From an uncultured delta proteobacterium (lineage in GTDB: Bacteria > Myxococcota > B64-G9): 64,000 nucleotides of DNA. The stretch spans positions 128,001-192,000 of the forward strand of contig CAVWHX010000011.1 in the NCBI GenBank assembly GCA_963754925.1. The letters are read 5' to 3'. This document shows positions 19,007 to 28,848 of the stretch, one piece after another. The notes under the pieces are model-generated. The model was not told where the DNA came from. It saw only the letters and a program-made list of their open reading frames with translations, and did not search any database. Position 1 is the first letter of the stretch; every line of letters begins with the position of its first letter. The translations under genes were made by a program, and so were the position numbers.

Positions 19007-20347
19007 ATGAGAAAGATACTCTTCATCAATCCATCATACAAAGACACGGTTTTTGGCAAGATGAGGACCTTGGTCTTGCCGCCTTTGGGGTTAGCGACCC
19101 TGGCCAGCAGAACCCCTGATACCTACGATTGCTCAATAGTCGATGAGAATGTAGATGAAGTTGTCTTTGACACCGATGCCGACCTGGTCGCGGTTACGGC
19201 TACAACCGTTCAAGCGCCGCGGGCTTACGCCATAATCAAGGAATTTAAAAAAAGGGGAATTCCTACGATTATGGGTGGAATTCACGCATCGGTAATGACC
19301 GAGGAGGCATCCAACTATGCCGATTCAGTTTTCGTCGGCGAAGCAGATGATTTCTGGGCCGGGGTCTTGAACGACTTTGAAAAAGGCGCTCTCAAACAAA
19401 TCTATAGAGCGAATTCGTACCCGAGCTTGGCAAACCTTCCGAAGATAGATAGACAACTTTTTTCGAAAAAGTATTTCATCCAATCGGTACAAACGTCGAG
19501 GGGATGCCCGTGCGATTGTTCTTTTTGTTCCGTAACCCGATTCAACGGCCGAAAACACCGATTCAGACCAGTAGCTGAGGTCGTAGAAGAAGTTGGCCAA
19601 TTAGAGGAGAAACGGTTTTTTGTCGCCGATGACAGCATTGTTGGTCTCGGAAAAGAAGGCGTTGTGCATGCGAGGAATTTATTCAATGGATTGAAGGGGC
19701 TGGGCAAATCGTGGGGAGCGCAAGTCTGTATAACGATAGCTGAGCACGATGATCTTTTACGTGCAGCCTCCCAAGCAGGCGCCAACACGTTCTATATAGG
19801 GTTTGAATCCCTTGAATCAGAATCATTAAAGCTGATGAATAAAGGTATCAATCTCAGATCCGCCATTCGAAACTATCATGATACCATCAAAAGAATACAC
19901 GACCATGGCATAGGAATAATCGGCGGGTTCATTTTGGGCAGCGATACGGATACCAAGGACATTTTTGAGAAGACTATAGACTTTATACACGAAAGTGAAA
20001 TAGACGCCTGTCAATTCACCATTATGACTCCCTTTCCCGGAACTCGATTTTATGAGCAAATGCAGCATGAAAGCAGATTGCTATACACCGATTATCCCCA
20101 CGACTGGAAAAGATATAATGCCTATGAGGCGGTCATCAAACCCAAGAATATGACCATACCAGAATTACAAAACGGGCAGCGGATGATATACGAGGCTACC
20201 TCGACGATGGGCAAGTCATTTGCAAGAGGACTAAAAACTCTTATCAACACCGGCAGTATGGTCAATTCCCTGACCGGATTTTTCTGGAACTATTATTCCT
20301 ACAAGGCAATTCTGTCGGTGTTGGATTCGACTTCAAGCAACAACTAA
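19007..20347 (+). CDS. B12-binding-domain radical SAM protein
   Basis: PPLGLATLA, GGIHAS, GEAD, SRGCPCDCSFC (CxxxCxxC), GFES, TPFPGT. Confidence 0.93.
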   Translation: MRKILFINPSYKDTVFGKMRTLVLPPLGLATLASRTPDTYDCSIVDENVDEVVFDTDADLVAVTATTVQAPRAYAIIKEFKKRGIPTIMGGIHASVMTEEASNYADSVFVGEADDFWAGVLNDFEKGALKQIYRANSYPSLANLPKIDRQLFSKKYFIQSVQTSRGCPCDCSFCSVTRFNGRKHRFRPVAEVVEEVGQLEEKRFFVADDSIVGLGKEGVVHARNLFNGLKGLGKSWGAQVCITIAEHDDLLRAASQAGANTFYIGFESLESESLKLMNKGINLRSAIRNYHDTIKRIHDHGIGIIGGFILGSDTDTKDIFEKTIDFIHESEIDACQFTIMTPFPGTRFYEQMQHESRLLYTDYPHDWKRYNAYEAVIKPKNMTIPELQNGQRMIYEATSTMGKSFARGLKTLINTGSMVNSLTGFFWNYYSYKAILSVLDSTSSNN

Positions 20348-20379
20348 TCTGATTTTCTGGCGGTGTTTCAATCAGCCTC

Positions 20380-20496
20380 AGGGGCGCAGGCACCCCTAAG
20401 CTCTCTTTCCTGGCGGAGACCGGAAAGCACGCCAAGGGGTGCCTGGCCAGGAGCCCGTTAGCGAGCTTTGCTCGCATTACGGGCGCCTGCGCCCCT
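20380..20496. repeat. Nested palindromic REP-like element containing a degenerate family-A copy (20451-20487, minus strand)
   Basis: Arms aggggcgcaggcaccc / gggcgcctgcgcccct; inner gagcccgttagcga matches the reverse complement of copy 1; lies between convergent genes. Confidence 0.75.
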
Positions 20497-20513
20497 TCAT
20501 CGTTGCCTACCAT

Positions 20514-21383
20514 TCATCCCTTCGACGAATATTCAAAAAAACCCTTGCCGGTCTTGATCCCCAGATCGCCCCGATCCACGTATGCTTTCAGCATGTCCGC
20601 GCTCTTCTGCGCGCGGCGGTCGTTTTTCTTTTTCGCCCAGTAGTCGGTTATATGCCAGACGGTTTCAAGGCCGACGATGTCCATCAGCGCAAACGGTCCA
20701 ACCGGCATGTAGGTGACTTCTTTCCATGCGCGGTCCACCTCCTGCGGGGACACCACATCCTGCGATACCAGATTCAACGCTGCCAGGAGCCAGGGATTGA
20801 GAAGCGCGTTGAAAACGTATCCGGGGTTCTCCCGTTTGAGTACGATGGGTGAATGCTTGATGAGTTCACCGAAGCCTCTGACCGTCTCCAAGGTCTCGGG
20901 CGCCGTGCCCGGGTGCGGCATCACATCCACCAGCTTGGACCCCGGGTGAAAATGAAATGCACAAAACCTATCGGGGCGTCCGGTCTTATCTGCAAACAAC
21001 GACGGGACCAGTGACGACGAGTTGGTGGTGAATAGGGTGCGGCTTGGGCAAACGGCGTTCAATTTGGCGAAGAAGTCGCCTTTGATATTCGGGTCCTCGG
21101 GAATCGATTCGCTGACCAGGTCGATGTCGACTCCCGCGGCCGCGAGGTCGGTGGTTGCGCTGATTTTGTTCTTAGCTTCGTTGGCTGCTTCCTTGGTAAT
21201 GTCGCCACGTGCGGCTGCGGAACCTATTTTCTTACCAATGGATTCCAGCGCCTTCGTGAGGATGTCCTCCTTGATATCGTACAGCACGACGGCAAATCCG
21301 TTGAGCGCACAGGCGAGGCCAATGTGGCGCCCCATAGTCCCGGCGCCGGCGATGAGAACCCGCTTGATATCTTCGGCTTTCAT
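20514..21383 (-). CDS. 3-hydroxyacyl-CoA dehydrogenase
   Basis: GAGTMG, ESIPED, TNSSSL, FHF, GPFALMDIVGL, LGIKTGKGFF. Confidence 0.95.
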   Translation of the reverse strand: MKAEDIKRVLIAGAGTMGRHIGLACALNGFAVVLYDIKEDILTKALESIGKKIGSAAARGDITKEAANEAKNKISATTDLAAAGVDIDLVSESIPEDPNIKGDFFAKLNAVCPSRTLFTTNSSSLVPSLFADKTGRPDRFCAFHFHPGSKLVDVMPHPGTAPETLETVRGFGELIKHSPIVLKRENPGYVFNALLNPWLLAALNLVSQDVVSPQEVDRAWKEVTYMPVGPFALMDIVGLETVWHITDYWAKKKNDRRAQKSADMLKAYVDRGDLGIKTGKGFFEYSSKG

Positions 21384-21404
21384 GTCGTCCTCCTGGTGAA
21401 CCGA

Positions 21405-21695
21405 CTAAACGATTTCGTTGCAGGTCTTGATGTCCATACCCGGTTCAAGCAACGGAAGAAGCTTCTCAAGGGTTTTGGGAAAGTTTGCGGAATGTGTCTT
21501 GAGCGCGTCCTTGTCCGCATACTTCTCGTACATCATAATAACGTTTTCGTTGCCGGCCCCTTTTACGGTGTGGGGAACGTACGCAAGACAGCCGGGCTCG
21601 TCTAGCTTGATTTTAGCAACCACGTCTTTTATGGCCGCTTTGGCATCGTTCATCTTTCCCTCTTTAACTGTTAGCGTCGCAAATATGGTTATCAC
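21405..21695 (-). CDS. Antibiotic-biosynthesis-monooxygenase (ABM) family protein
   Basis: EPGCLAY, YEKYADKDALKTH; 96 aa; GGAGG RBS. Confidence 0.85.
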   Translation of the reverse strand: MITIFATLTVKEGKMNDAKAAIKDVVAKIKLDEPGCLAYVPHTVKGAGNENVIMMYEKYADKDALKTHSANFPKTLEKLLPLLEPGMDIKTCNEIV

Positions 21696-21916
21696 CGTTC
21701 ACCTCCTCCGCGACTTATTATTCTGAATCCGTTTCGCTGTCAATAAGCTCGATGGGTGGGGTGTCTATTTGCGAATGCGTAAATTATATCTTGCTTTCTT
21801 TTATATCCTCAATAAAACTGAGCTGACCTCGCATCCATCAACATAAAGAATGAAAGATAGAAGATTCAAAGAATCTATTTTTGTCGTTTATCGTTTGTGA
21901 GGGAGGAGGAAAGAGT

Positions 21917-23755
21917 ATGCAGAAGAAATTCACATTACTATTTCAGCGGTTTCAATTTGCAACAGCATGGGTGATCCTTCTTTCAGTGTTAGCCACTATC
22001 CTTGGTTGCGGCAATTTAACCAGCGAAGTGTTAGCCACTATCCTTGGTTGCGGCAATTCAACCAGCGATAGGAAAACAGTGACCACGGCGTTTGGCGGCG
22101 TTAACGGGTATGCAAAGAACGACACCTGGATATGGAAAGGCATTCCTTATGCCAAACCACCCGTGGGAGCGCTGCGCTGGAAGGCGCCGGTGGATCCGGA
22201 TGCGTGGACCGATGTTCTCGAGGCAACCTCCTCATGCAGCGAGTGTTCACAGCAGGTAACCGATAAATTCTGGCGCCCTTCGGATGCGTTTACCGGTAGT
22301 GAGGACTGTCTCTGTTTAGACATTTACCGTCCTAAGACTAATACGACAGGCTTGCCCGTCTTCGTCTGGATTCATGGCGGGGCCAACACTATCGGCTCGG
22401 CCCACCTTTATGACGGAACAACCCTGACCAAACGAGGCAACATGATTGTCGTCATTATCCAGTATCGCTTGAATATGCTGGGCTGGTTGACGCACCCAGC
22501 GCTACGAGCAAGCGGAACGGCGCAGGATAAGTCGGGTAATTACGGCACGCTTGACACCATGAAGGCCCTGGCCTGGGTTCAGAACAACATTACCGCTTTC
22601 GGCGGCGATCCCACGAACGTGACTATCGGCGGCCAATCCGCCGGCGGACAACATGTCATGAACCTGATCATCTCTCCCCTCCCTAACAACTTTCAAAAGG
22701 CCTTTGCCGAAAGTCCGGCTTTGTCGGAAATGATGCCGCTTCGAACCTTGGACCAGGGCGATACACAGACCAACGCAATCATTAATTATCTCCTGGTCAA
22801 TGACGGAACGGCTATTGATGCCGCAGCCGCAGCTACCTACCGTGAAGGTATGAGCACGGCAGATATCGCAACCTATCTGCGAAGCAAAACCGCCGAGCAA
22901 ATATTAAGAGCAGCCCTTTATGGCCCCGGTGCTCCCTTTGGTGCTACGTATGCCGCCATGCCCGCGCCCACGGGCTTCATGGATGGCACCGTTCTTCCAG
23001 ACACAAGCTGGCTGGATACGATTAACTACGGAAATTTCAAGAAGGTTCCCCTGATTATCGGCAATGTCCAGTATGAATATAAAGATTTAATGACGCTTGG
23101 TGCTTCCGCATTAAAAGCGTTTGTTGGCGTTCCGTCGGGACCCTACTCCTGGAATGAGCTGTATGATGTTCTTGATGGCACAAAAACGCTGGGTGAAGTG
23201 TTGCCAACCGATAACAACCATCTTGAATATGAACAAGCCGGCTTGCTCAAAACCCGCAAATGGCAGGCCGAGTGCAACGCAATCGCGAGGGCTATAAAGG
23301 CAAAAGATTCTTCGAACACGGTCTATTCTTATCTTTTTACCTGGGCCGGCGGTGGAGACCCAGCTCTGGCGGACTTTAAATTTATTTTCGGCGCATCTCA
23401 CGCTCAGGATATAGCTTTCTTCTTCGGGGAGAGCACCGACTTGTTCAAAGGTTATTCCTTCACGGCGGCCAACAAGACCGGACGTGTGGCGCTCCAAGGG
23501 GCTATGATGGATTACTTGACGTCGTATGTGAGAACAGGTGACCCCACTCCATCAGGCTCTGCACTTCCTACCTGGATGCAGTGGTCCAACACCGATGGTG
23601 ATCCGAAGTTTATTAGTTTCGATGCGGATCTCAATAGCGTTTTGATCAGCATGGATTCAACAGAAACGACCGATGACATCGTCAATGCGGAAATTAGCGC
23701 GGCGCTAACCGCCAATCCCGGATTTTCGTTATTGTTCTCTGTTCTCGGCATTTAG
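21917..23755 (+). CDS. Type-B carboxylesterase lipoprotein
   Basis: GIPYAKPPVGALRW, SEDCL, WIHGG, FGGDPTNVTIGGQSAGG nucleophile elbow, GASH; GGAGG RBS before ATG 21917. Confidence 0.95.
   Translation: MQKKFTLLFQRFQFATAWVILLSVLATILGCGNLTSEVLATILGCGNSTSDRKTVTTAFGGVNGYAKNDTWIWKGIPYAKPPVGALRWKAPVDPDAWTDVLEATSSCSECSQQVTDKFWRPSDAFTGSEDCLCLDIYRPKTNTTGLPVFVWIHGGANTIGSAHLYDGTTLTKRGNMIVVIIQYRLNMLGWLTHPALRASGTAQDKSGNYGTLDTMKALAWVQNNITAFGGDPTNVTIGGQSAGGQHVMNLIISPLPNNFQKAFAESPALSEMMPLRTLDQGDTQTNAIINYLLVNDGTAIDAAAAATYREGMSTADIATYLRSKTAEQILRAALYGPGAPFGATYAAMPAPTGFMDGTVLPDTSWLDTINYGNFKKVPLIIGNVQYEYKDLMTLGASALKAFVGVPSGPYSWNELYDVLDGTKTLGEVLPTDNNHLEYEQAGLLKTRKWQAECNAIARAIKAKDSSNTVYSYLFTWAGGGDPALADFKFIFGASHAQDIAFFFGESTDLFKGYSFTAANKTGRVALQGAMMDYLTSYVRTGDPTPSGSALPTWMQWSNTDGDPKFISFDADLNSVLISMDSTETTDDIVNAEISAALTANPGFSLLFSVLGI
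21985..22068 (+). repeat. 42-bp in-frame tandem duplication of the lipobox
   Basis: 21985-22026 and 22027-22068 differ by one base; encodes VLATILGCGN(L/S)TS twice. Confidence 0.95.
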
Positions 23756-23820
23756 CCTTAGGTGCCATAGAAAACCGAAAACGGGAATGCCGGCAGCAGG
23801 ACAAAGCGTCTCACCGGCAA

Positions 23821-25008
23821 TCAGGATTGTTTTTCAAGGCCATTGATAATGGCGTCGATGCTTCGGTCAAAGCGACCGTTCGTTGTCATGACCGTCGGGA
23901 CCGAAATAATAATCTCAATGGTATTTCCATGACCTGCCAACACGACCGAATAGGGATATAGTTCGGAGCCCGGCGGAATGGCCCAGAAAGCCGTCGCACG
24001 AAATCCGCCCCCCGAAAAATCTTCGAGTCGCTTTTTCCCGAGATTGGATATGAGCGCCGAAGCGTTATAGAGACCCTGTGCGTTATTACGGGTTATCCTT
24101 CCGGTGATGAGCCTGCGTATTAACGCAAGGGGCATATAGCGCATCAACTCATCCCCGGGGTACAGCATGCCATCTCGGCACTCATTGAGCTGTTGGCTGA
24201 TGTTGCTGTCAATCTCATCATAGGTTTCATGAGGATCGACATCCACATAGATGAGATTCGTCAGGTTGCTTACCGATCGAAGCCCCTTTTTCCGGGGCCG
24301 CAGGTCGACGGGAATTCCAATCCGCACCGCTCCGTTTGAATAGGTCCGGGCTTGCTGCGCCAAGATGACCGCTACCTGTGACAGAACCTTCGGGTAGGCG
24401 CCTGTGATCTGAATCCGACGCCAGTATATACTTTTCGCACATCCTTCGGCTCTGCCCGTCGGCGGAATATAGCGCGCGGGAGAGAGATTCCTTCCGTTTT
24501 TCTGAAAACTCCGCGCCAGTTCCTGTTCGATTGTCCGGGAGTCGGATCCGATGACCGGTTCACCCCGGAGGGCACGGAATACATCCTCTGCCAGAGTTTG
24601 AGTGCCCCGACCATCCATCACGCCATGATGGGTGCGGAACGCCACGCGCAGGGGGGTGCCATGGATCAGGAGGATTTCGCAACTGGGGCCGTCAAACGGC
24701 GAGAGCGGCGTGTTAAGGAATTCGGCGTTATTGGAATCAAAACCCGACCAGCCGCCCCCGTCGATTTCCCTCACTGGCGGCGGTTTGCCCGAATCGACCC
24801 AGCGGGCGGCGTTGAGGAATCCCCTCACTATCAGGCGGCACCCGGTATTTGCTTCAGCGGCTTTTTCAATCGCGTTGCGCCAGAGGCCGAGATCAAAAAC
24901 CCCGGTGCCTTCCCAGAAATACTGGTTCGCGAAAGGGGGATACAGGTTACCGAGAACTACATACGCGCGTTCGGTTGATGACACGATGCGGACATATCTC
25001 TTACTCAT
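23821..25008 (-). CDS. Free-standing condensation-domain/PapA5-like acyltransferase (paralog 1)
   Basis: FRTHHGVMDGRG (HHxxxDG), PVDLR, SNLG; about 400 aa two-lobe size. Confidence 0.8.
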   Translation of the reverse strand: MSKRYVRIVSSTERAYVVLGNLYPPFANQYFWEGTGVFDLGLWRNAIEKAAEANTGCRLIVRGFLNAARWVDSGKPPPVREIDGGGWSGFDSNNAEFLNTPLSPFDGPSCEILLIHGTPLRVAFRTHHGVMDGRGTQTLAEDVFRALRGEPVIGSDSRTIEQELARSFQKNGRNLSPARYIPPTGRAEGCAKSIYWRRIQITGAYPKVLSQVAVILAQQARTYSNGAVRIGIPVDLRPRKKGLRSVSNLTNLIYVDVDPHETYDEIDSNISQQLNECRDGMLYPGDELMRYMPLALIRRLITGRITRNNAQGLYNASALISNLGKKRLEDFSGGGFRATAFWAIPPGSELYPYSVVLAGHGNTIEIIISVPTVMTTNGRFDRSIDAIINGLEKQS

Positions 25009-25042
25009 GTCGGGCAAAAATTATCGTCTTTTGATCAGGTTG

Positions 25043-26221
25043 TTATTTTAATGAAGCATTGATTCTTTCCAGCAACCCGTCAATTCGGTTCCCGGTCGCC
25101 ATCCTGCGCGGCAACGAAATAACCATCTCAATACTATCGCCGTATCCGGCCAGTCCTATGAAAAAGGGGACGTAGTCGTTAACGGGGGGGATGCCCCACA
25201 TGGCGGTGCAGGTGAATCCGTTCGCGTGATATAGGTCAAGTTTTAGTTTGCCCATATTGGAAACGATGCCTGATATACTGTATAATCCCTTTTTATGTCT
25301 GTCATCGATCACCTTTTTTGCCAACTTACCGAGCAGCCACAGGGGAACATACCGTGCCATGTCATCCCGGGGTGAGAGCATGCCTTCACGTTTTTCCACT
25401 ATTTGACGGGTTATCTCCTCGGTGAGCTGCTCGGCGGTCGTATCTTTTTTAATTTCTACGTAGATGGCGTAGGTTAGGTTGGCGGTTGAAACAAGGCCCG
25501 GCATGCGGAAACGCATGTCAACCGGAATCGCGAACCTGACCACGCCGTCCGAGTGGCTCCAGGCCTCGCGCGCCACCTGCAACGCTACCTGCGCCAGCAG
25601 GTTGTGATACTTACCTTTGAGCCGAAACCGGCGGGTTATTACTCCGTTTTCGCAGCCTTCGGCCCTGCCGGTAGGCGCAATATGTTCGGTGGGGTATGGC
25701 TTTCTCTTTTCTTTTTGAAAACTGTGCGCCAGTTCGAAATCGTTGATCGGTGAACGTGAGCCGATGCAGGGCTCGCCTCGAAGCGCCCGAAAGGTATCTT
25801 CTATCCAGAGCGAGGTGCCCCGGCCGTCCATGACGGCGTGGTGGGTCCGGAATATGGCGCGCAGCGGATCGCCGTCGATAAGAATAACTTCACAGGTTGG
25901 ACCTTTCTCGGGGAAAAGGGGCCTTTTGAAAAAGGGGACGGTTTCAGGCTTGTCCCATTCCCCGCTGCCCTGGCCTGCCTCTATAATGGGCGGCGCGAGG
26001 CCGGTATCCACCCAGCGGCAGGTCCACAGGAATCCTTTAAGCACCATGCGGGTTCCCGGGTTGGCCGCCGACGCGGTTTCGACCGCCGATCTCCAGCGCT
26101 CGCGATCGAAGACGCCTTTTCCCTCGATTATGAACTGATTCGCCAGGGGCGGATATAATTTATCCGCCACGACGAAAATACGATCATTAAACGAGAGTTT
26201 TCTGGTATATCTTTTTTGCAT
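25043..26221 (-). CDS. Free-standing condensation-domain/PapA5-like acyltransferase (paralog 2)
   Basis: FRTHHAVMDGRG, PVDMR, SNMG; colinear with paralog 1. Confidence 0.8.
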   Translation of the reverse strand: MQKRYTRKLSFNDRIFVVADKLYPPLANQFIIEGKGVFDRERWRSAVETASAANPGTRMVLKGFLWTCRWVDTGLAPPIIEAGQGSGEWDKPETVPFFKRPLFPEKGPTCEVILIDGDPLRAIFRTHHAVMDGRGTSLWIEDTFRALRGEPCIGSRSPINDFELAHSFQKEKRKPYPTEHIAPTGRAEGCENGVITRRFRLKGKYHNLLAQVALQVAREAWSHSDGVVRFAIPVDMRFRMPGLVSTANLTYAIYVEIKKDTTAEQLTEEITRQIVEKREGMLSPRDDMARYVPLWLLGKLAKKVIDDRHKKGLYSISGIVSNMGKLKLDLYHANGFTCTAMWGIPPVNDYVPFFIGLAGYGDSIEMVISLPRRMATGNRIDGLLERINASLK

Positions 26222-26298
26222 TTTGAGCTGCACTGTTAGAAATAATTTTTAGTATTATATATCAACATCGTGAAAAATCATTGTCAAGTCATTGTTGA

Positions 26299-26536
26299 GT
26301 AGTGTTTCAGTTTGCCGGTGGCTTACGGGTGTTCGTCGAACGACACGGCAAACTGACCCACAACCGAATACATTGTCATATCGACCGAAGGGAGATATCT
26401 AAATACGATCTCATTAGTAGTTTAGATTTCTCGCTGTCCCTAAAGGGATTAGAGCCCGTATAGCTCACTGCGTTCGCTAACGGGCTCTAACGCTCGAAAT
26501 GACAATACTGCAAAGCTGCAAAATGACCCATTACTC
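26299..26536. repeat. Composite nested inverted-repeat element (MITE/REP-like), copy 1
   Basis: 26320-26517 is near-identical to 39870-40067; imperfect outer arms; contains gtcat...atgac hairpin and a family-A module at 26437-26489. Confidence 0.9.
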
Positions 26537-26546
26537 ATTGTTGGAA

Positions 26547-27764
26547 TCAGTCAGCGGTTGTAAGCCCTTCTGCGATGTTATCAAGAGCCATTTCGATCCT
26601 TCCGCCCGTTGCCATGTTGCGGGGCATCATGAGGATCATCTCTATTGTGTTGTTCGATCCGGACAAGCTCATGCTGAAGGGAAGAATCGGCGCGCAAACG
26701 GGAACCAAGAAATAGGTATGCGCGGTAAAGTCCCCGCAAGAATAGACGGCGTTGTCCATTTTACCCAGGTTTGACACAAAACCGGAGTAACGATACCGGC
26801 CCGAACGTCTATCGCGCGATCCTTCGTTCCTGATGGCCCAGGCCAGAATCCGAATCGGCACATAGCGAATCAACGCTTCCCAGGAGATGGTTCCGTCAGA
26901 CGTACCTGAAAATCGCCGGGTCACTTCATCCATAATGCCCTCGGCCGTTGCGCTCTTGGGTATGTCGATGATGAGCGCATTGGTGAGGTTGCCGGTGGAG
27001 CGCAGGCCCGGCCGCCGTTGCCGCAAGTCTGTGGGCGCGCCGATACAGACATAACCCTCGCCCCGCCGCCATGCTTCCCGAGCGGTCAGCAGCATCACCT
27101 GGCCGAGGAGCTTGGGAAACCTCCCGGTTATCGTTTTACGCTTCCAGACGAGGTCGATGGCATCCCCGTCGGCTTGACCCGTCGGGGCGATATACTGGTG
27201 GTGGCTCGGTTCGCTCCATCTCCCTTTCCGCAGGTTCAGCAGATCATTTTCGATCGTGACGTACTCGGAGCCCAGCGGCTCCTCACGGCGGAGGACCCGG
27301 AATATATCTTCCGCCCAGGTGATGGTTCCCCGCCCGTCCATGATGGCATGATGGCTTCTGAAGGCAACCCGCGCGGGGTTCCCCTGCATCAACAGGACTT
27401 CGCTGGTAGGGCCCTTCCGGGGATTGAAGCCCCGCTTGAGAAAGGGCGCTCCCTCAGACCCCCGGCCATCCCAGGATGAACCGTCAACGTCTCGAATCGG
27501 CGGACTCTGGCCCGAATCGACCAATCTGCTTGTGGCAAGACATCCCCTGAGGATAAGGCGGGCGCCCCGGTTGGCCTCGGATGCTTTTTGCACGGCCATG
27601 CGCCATCGTTCGATATTAAAATTCCCCGTGCCTTCAACAATGACCTGGTTCGCAAAGGGTGCGGTAACCCTATCGGTCGCGACCCATAACCGCGCCGCTA
27701 TCGAAAGGGGCCTGGTCGGGGATTGGTCGTCAGAACTATGAGCGATTGCCGCGGGGTCCTCCAT
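26547..27764 (-). CDS. Free-standing condensation-domain/PapA5-like acyltransferase (paralog 3)
   Basis: FRSHHAIMDGRG, PTDLR, STGNL, SNLG. Confidence 0.8.
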   Translation of the reverse strand: MEDPAAIAHSSDDQSPTRPLSIAARLWVATDRVTAPFANQVIVEGTGNFNIERWRMAVQKASEANRGARLILRGCLATSRLVDSGQSPPIRDVDGSSWDGRGSEGAPFLKRGFNPRKGPTSEVLLMQGNPARVAFRSHHAIMDGRGTITWAEDIFRVLRREEPLGSEYVTIENDLLNLRKGRWSEPSHHQYIAPTGQADGDAIDLVWKRKTITGRFPKLLGQVMLLTAREAWRRGEGYVCIGAPTDLRQRRPGLRSTGNLTNALIIDIPKSATAEGIMDEVTRRFSGTSDGTISWEALIRYVPIRILAWAIRNEGSRDRRSGRYRYSGFVSNLGKMDNAVYSCGDFTAHTYFLVPVCAPILPFSMSLSGSNNTIEMILMMPRNMATGGRIEMALDNIAEGLTTAD

Positions 27765-27778
27765 AGCTCACCGGATAC

Positions 27779-28819
27779 TTAGTCGACTCTTCTTCTTTCA
27801 CGAACCCGACGCTCCCCAACTCGTCTATTGACACCGTGAGCGTCACACCCGGCATTATGAATTCTTCTATCGGCCTTCCGTCTGTCATGGGTTCTTCTGT
27901 CGATAAACTTTCCGTCGATAAGCCTGATTCTCGTCAACGGGGGCCTTGTTTCTAGATTCGCTATCTTTCTGAGAAGGCCCAGTTTTTTGTTCGACAGGGC
28001 CTGCATCCCGAAAAACGAAAGCGCACAGGCCCGTACAAAGAAATACGCGAGCCGTTTCCTGACCACTATCATGAACGCAAACGCATCGCCGCGCTTGGCA
28101 TGGTCGAACTCGGGGGGCATCCGATTCTTCACGGCCTCGAGAAATTGATATTCTTTTTTTCTCCAGTCGAGGCGCTGAGATACGGGAAAGAGGTTTTTCA
28201 CACAGAAGGGACATTGGGCGTCAACCAGTTCAAAATTCTTTTTCACCAAATAGGCCCGATGAACATTGATCAGGTCTGTCGATGGATAAAACGAGTTGTC
28301 CAGTATCCGGGTGACATATTTGTTCTTGAAGTAGTTGTTTACCACCTTTGGATTACTGGATATCGATACCATGACAAATTTTTTCACGGCGCTGTCCACG
28401 CCGATGGTTTTGATGAACCACCACATAGTGGCCGAAACAATGTTCCGCGCTATTTTTTTCCCTTGAAACGACCTGCGGACCATCGCTTCATCGATCGTAT
28501 AGAAGCAATATTCATTGATCAGCATGAGCGAGACCAGACTGAATCCGACGATCTGCCCGTCTTTTTCGGCATATACCAAGAGGTCGCTTTTCTTGATGTA
28601 ATCAAAAAAGTCTTCCTGCGCCCTCCAGGTATCGCTCTCAACAACCTCGCAACCGCTGACTATTTCCTCGATACTCGCGAAATCTGAATCCCTGAGATCA
28701 ATTGCATAATAACTAAAGCCTTTATAACTCAATAGGAAATTCTCAGAACAGGTAACGGGCACCTGCGTCGGTTTTTCTGTTTCAACTGTTCTGGTAATAA
28801 CTTCTTGTACAAGTTTCAT
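27779..28819 (-). CDS. GNAT-like acyltransferase with an Arg-rich (D/E/N)RR C-terminal tail
   Basis: DGQIVGFS...AMVRRSFQGKKIA resembles acyl-CoA-binding motif A; tail DRRTHDRRKADRR...NRRVGERRVRERRR. Confidence 0.65.
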   Translation of the reverse strand: MKLVQEVITRTVETEKPTQVPVTCSENFLLSYKGFSYYAIDLRDSDFASIEEIVSGCEVVESDTWRAQEDFFDYIKKSDLLVYAEKDGQIVGFSLVSLMLINEYCFYTIDEAMVRRSFQGKKIARNIVSATMWWFIKTIGVDSAVKKFVMVSISSNPKVVNNYFKNKYVTRILDNSFYPSTDLINVHRAYLVKKNFELVDAQCPFCVKNLFPVSQRLDWRKKEYQFLEAVKNRMPPEFDHAKRGDAFAFMIVVRKRLAYFFVRACALSFFGMQALSNKKLGLLRKIANLETRPPLTRIRLIDGKFIDRRTHDRRKADRRIHNAGCDAHGVNRRVGERRVRERRRVD

Positions 28820-28848
28820 GTGATCTACCTCTCATTTCTATACGGTGG

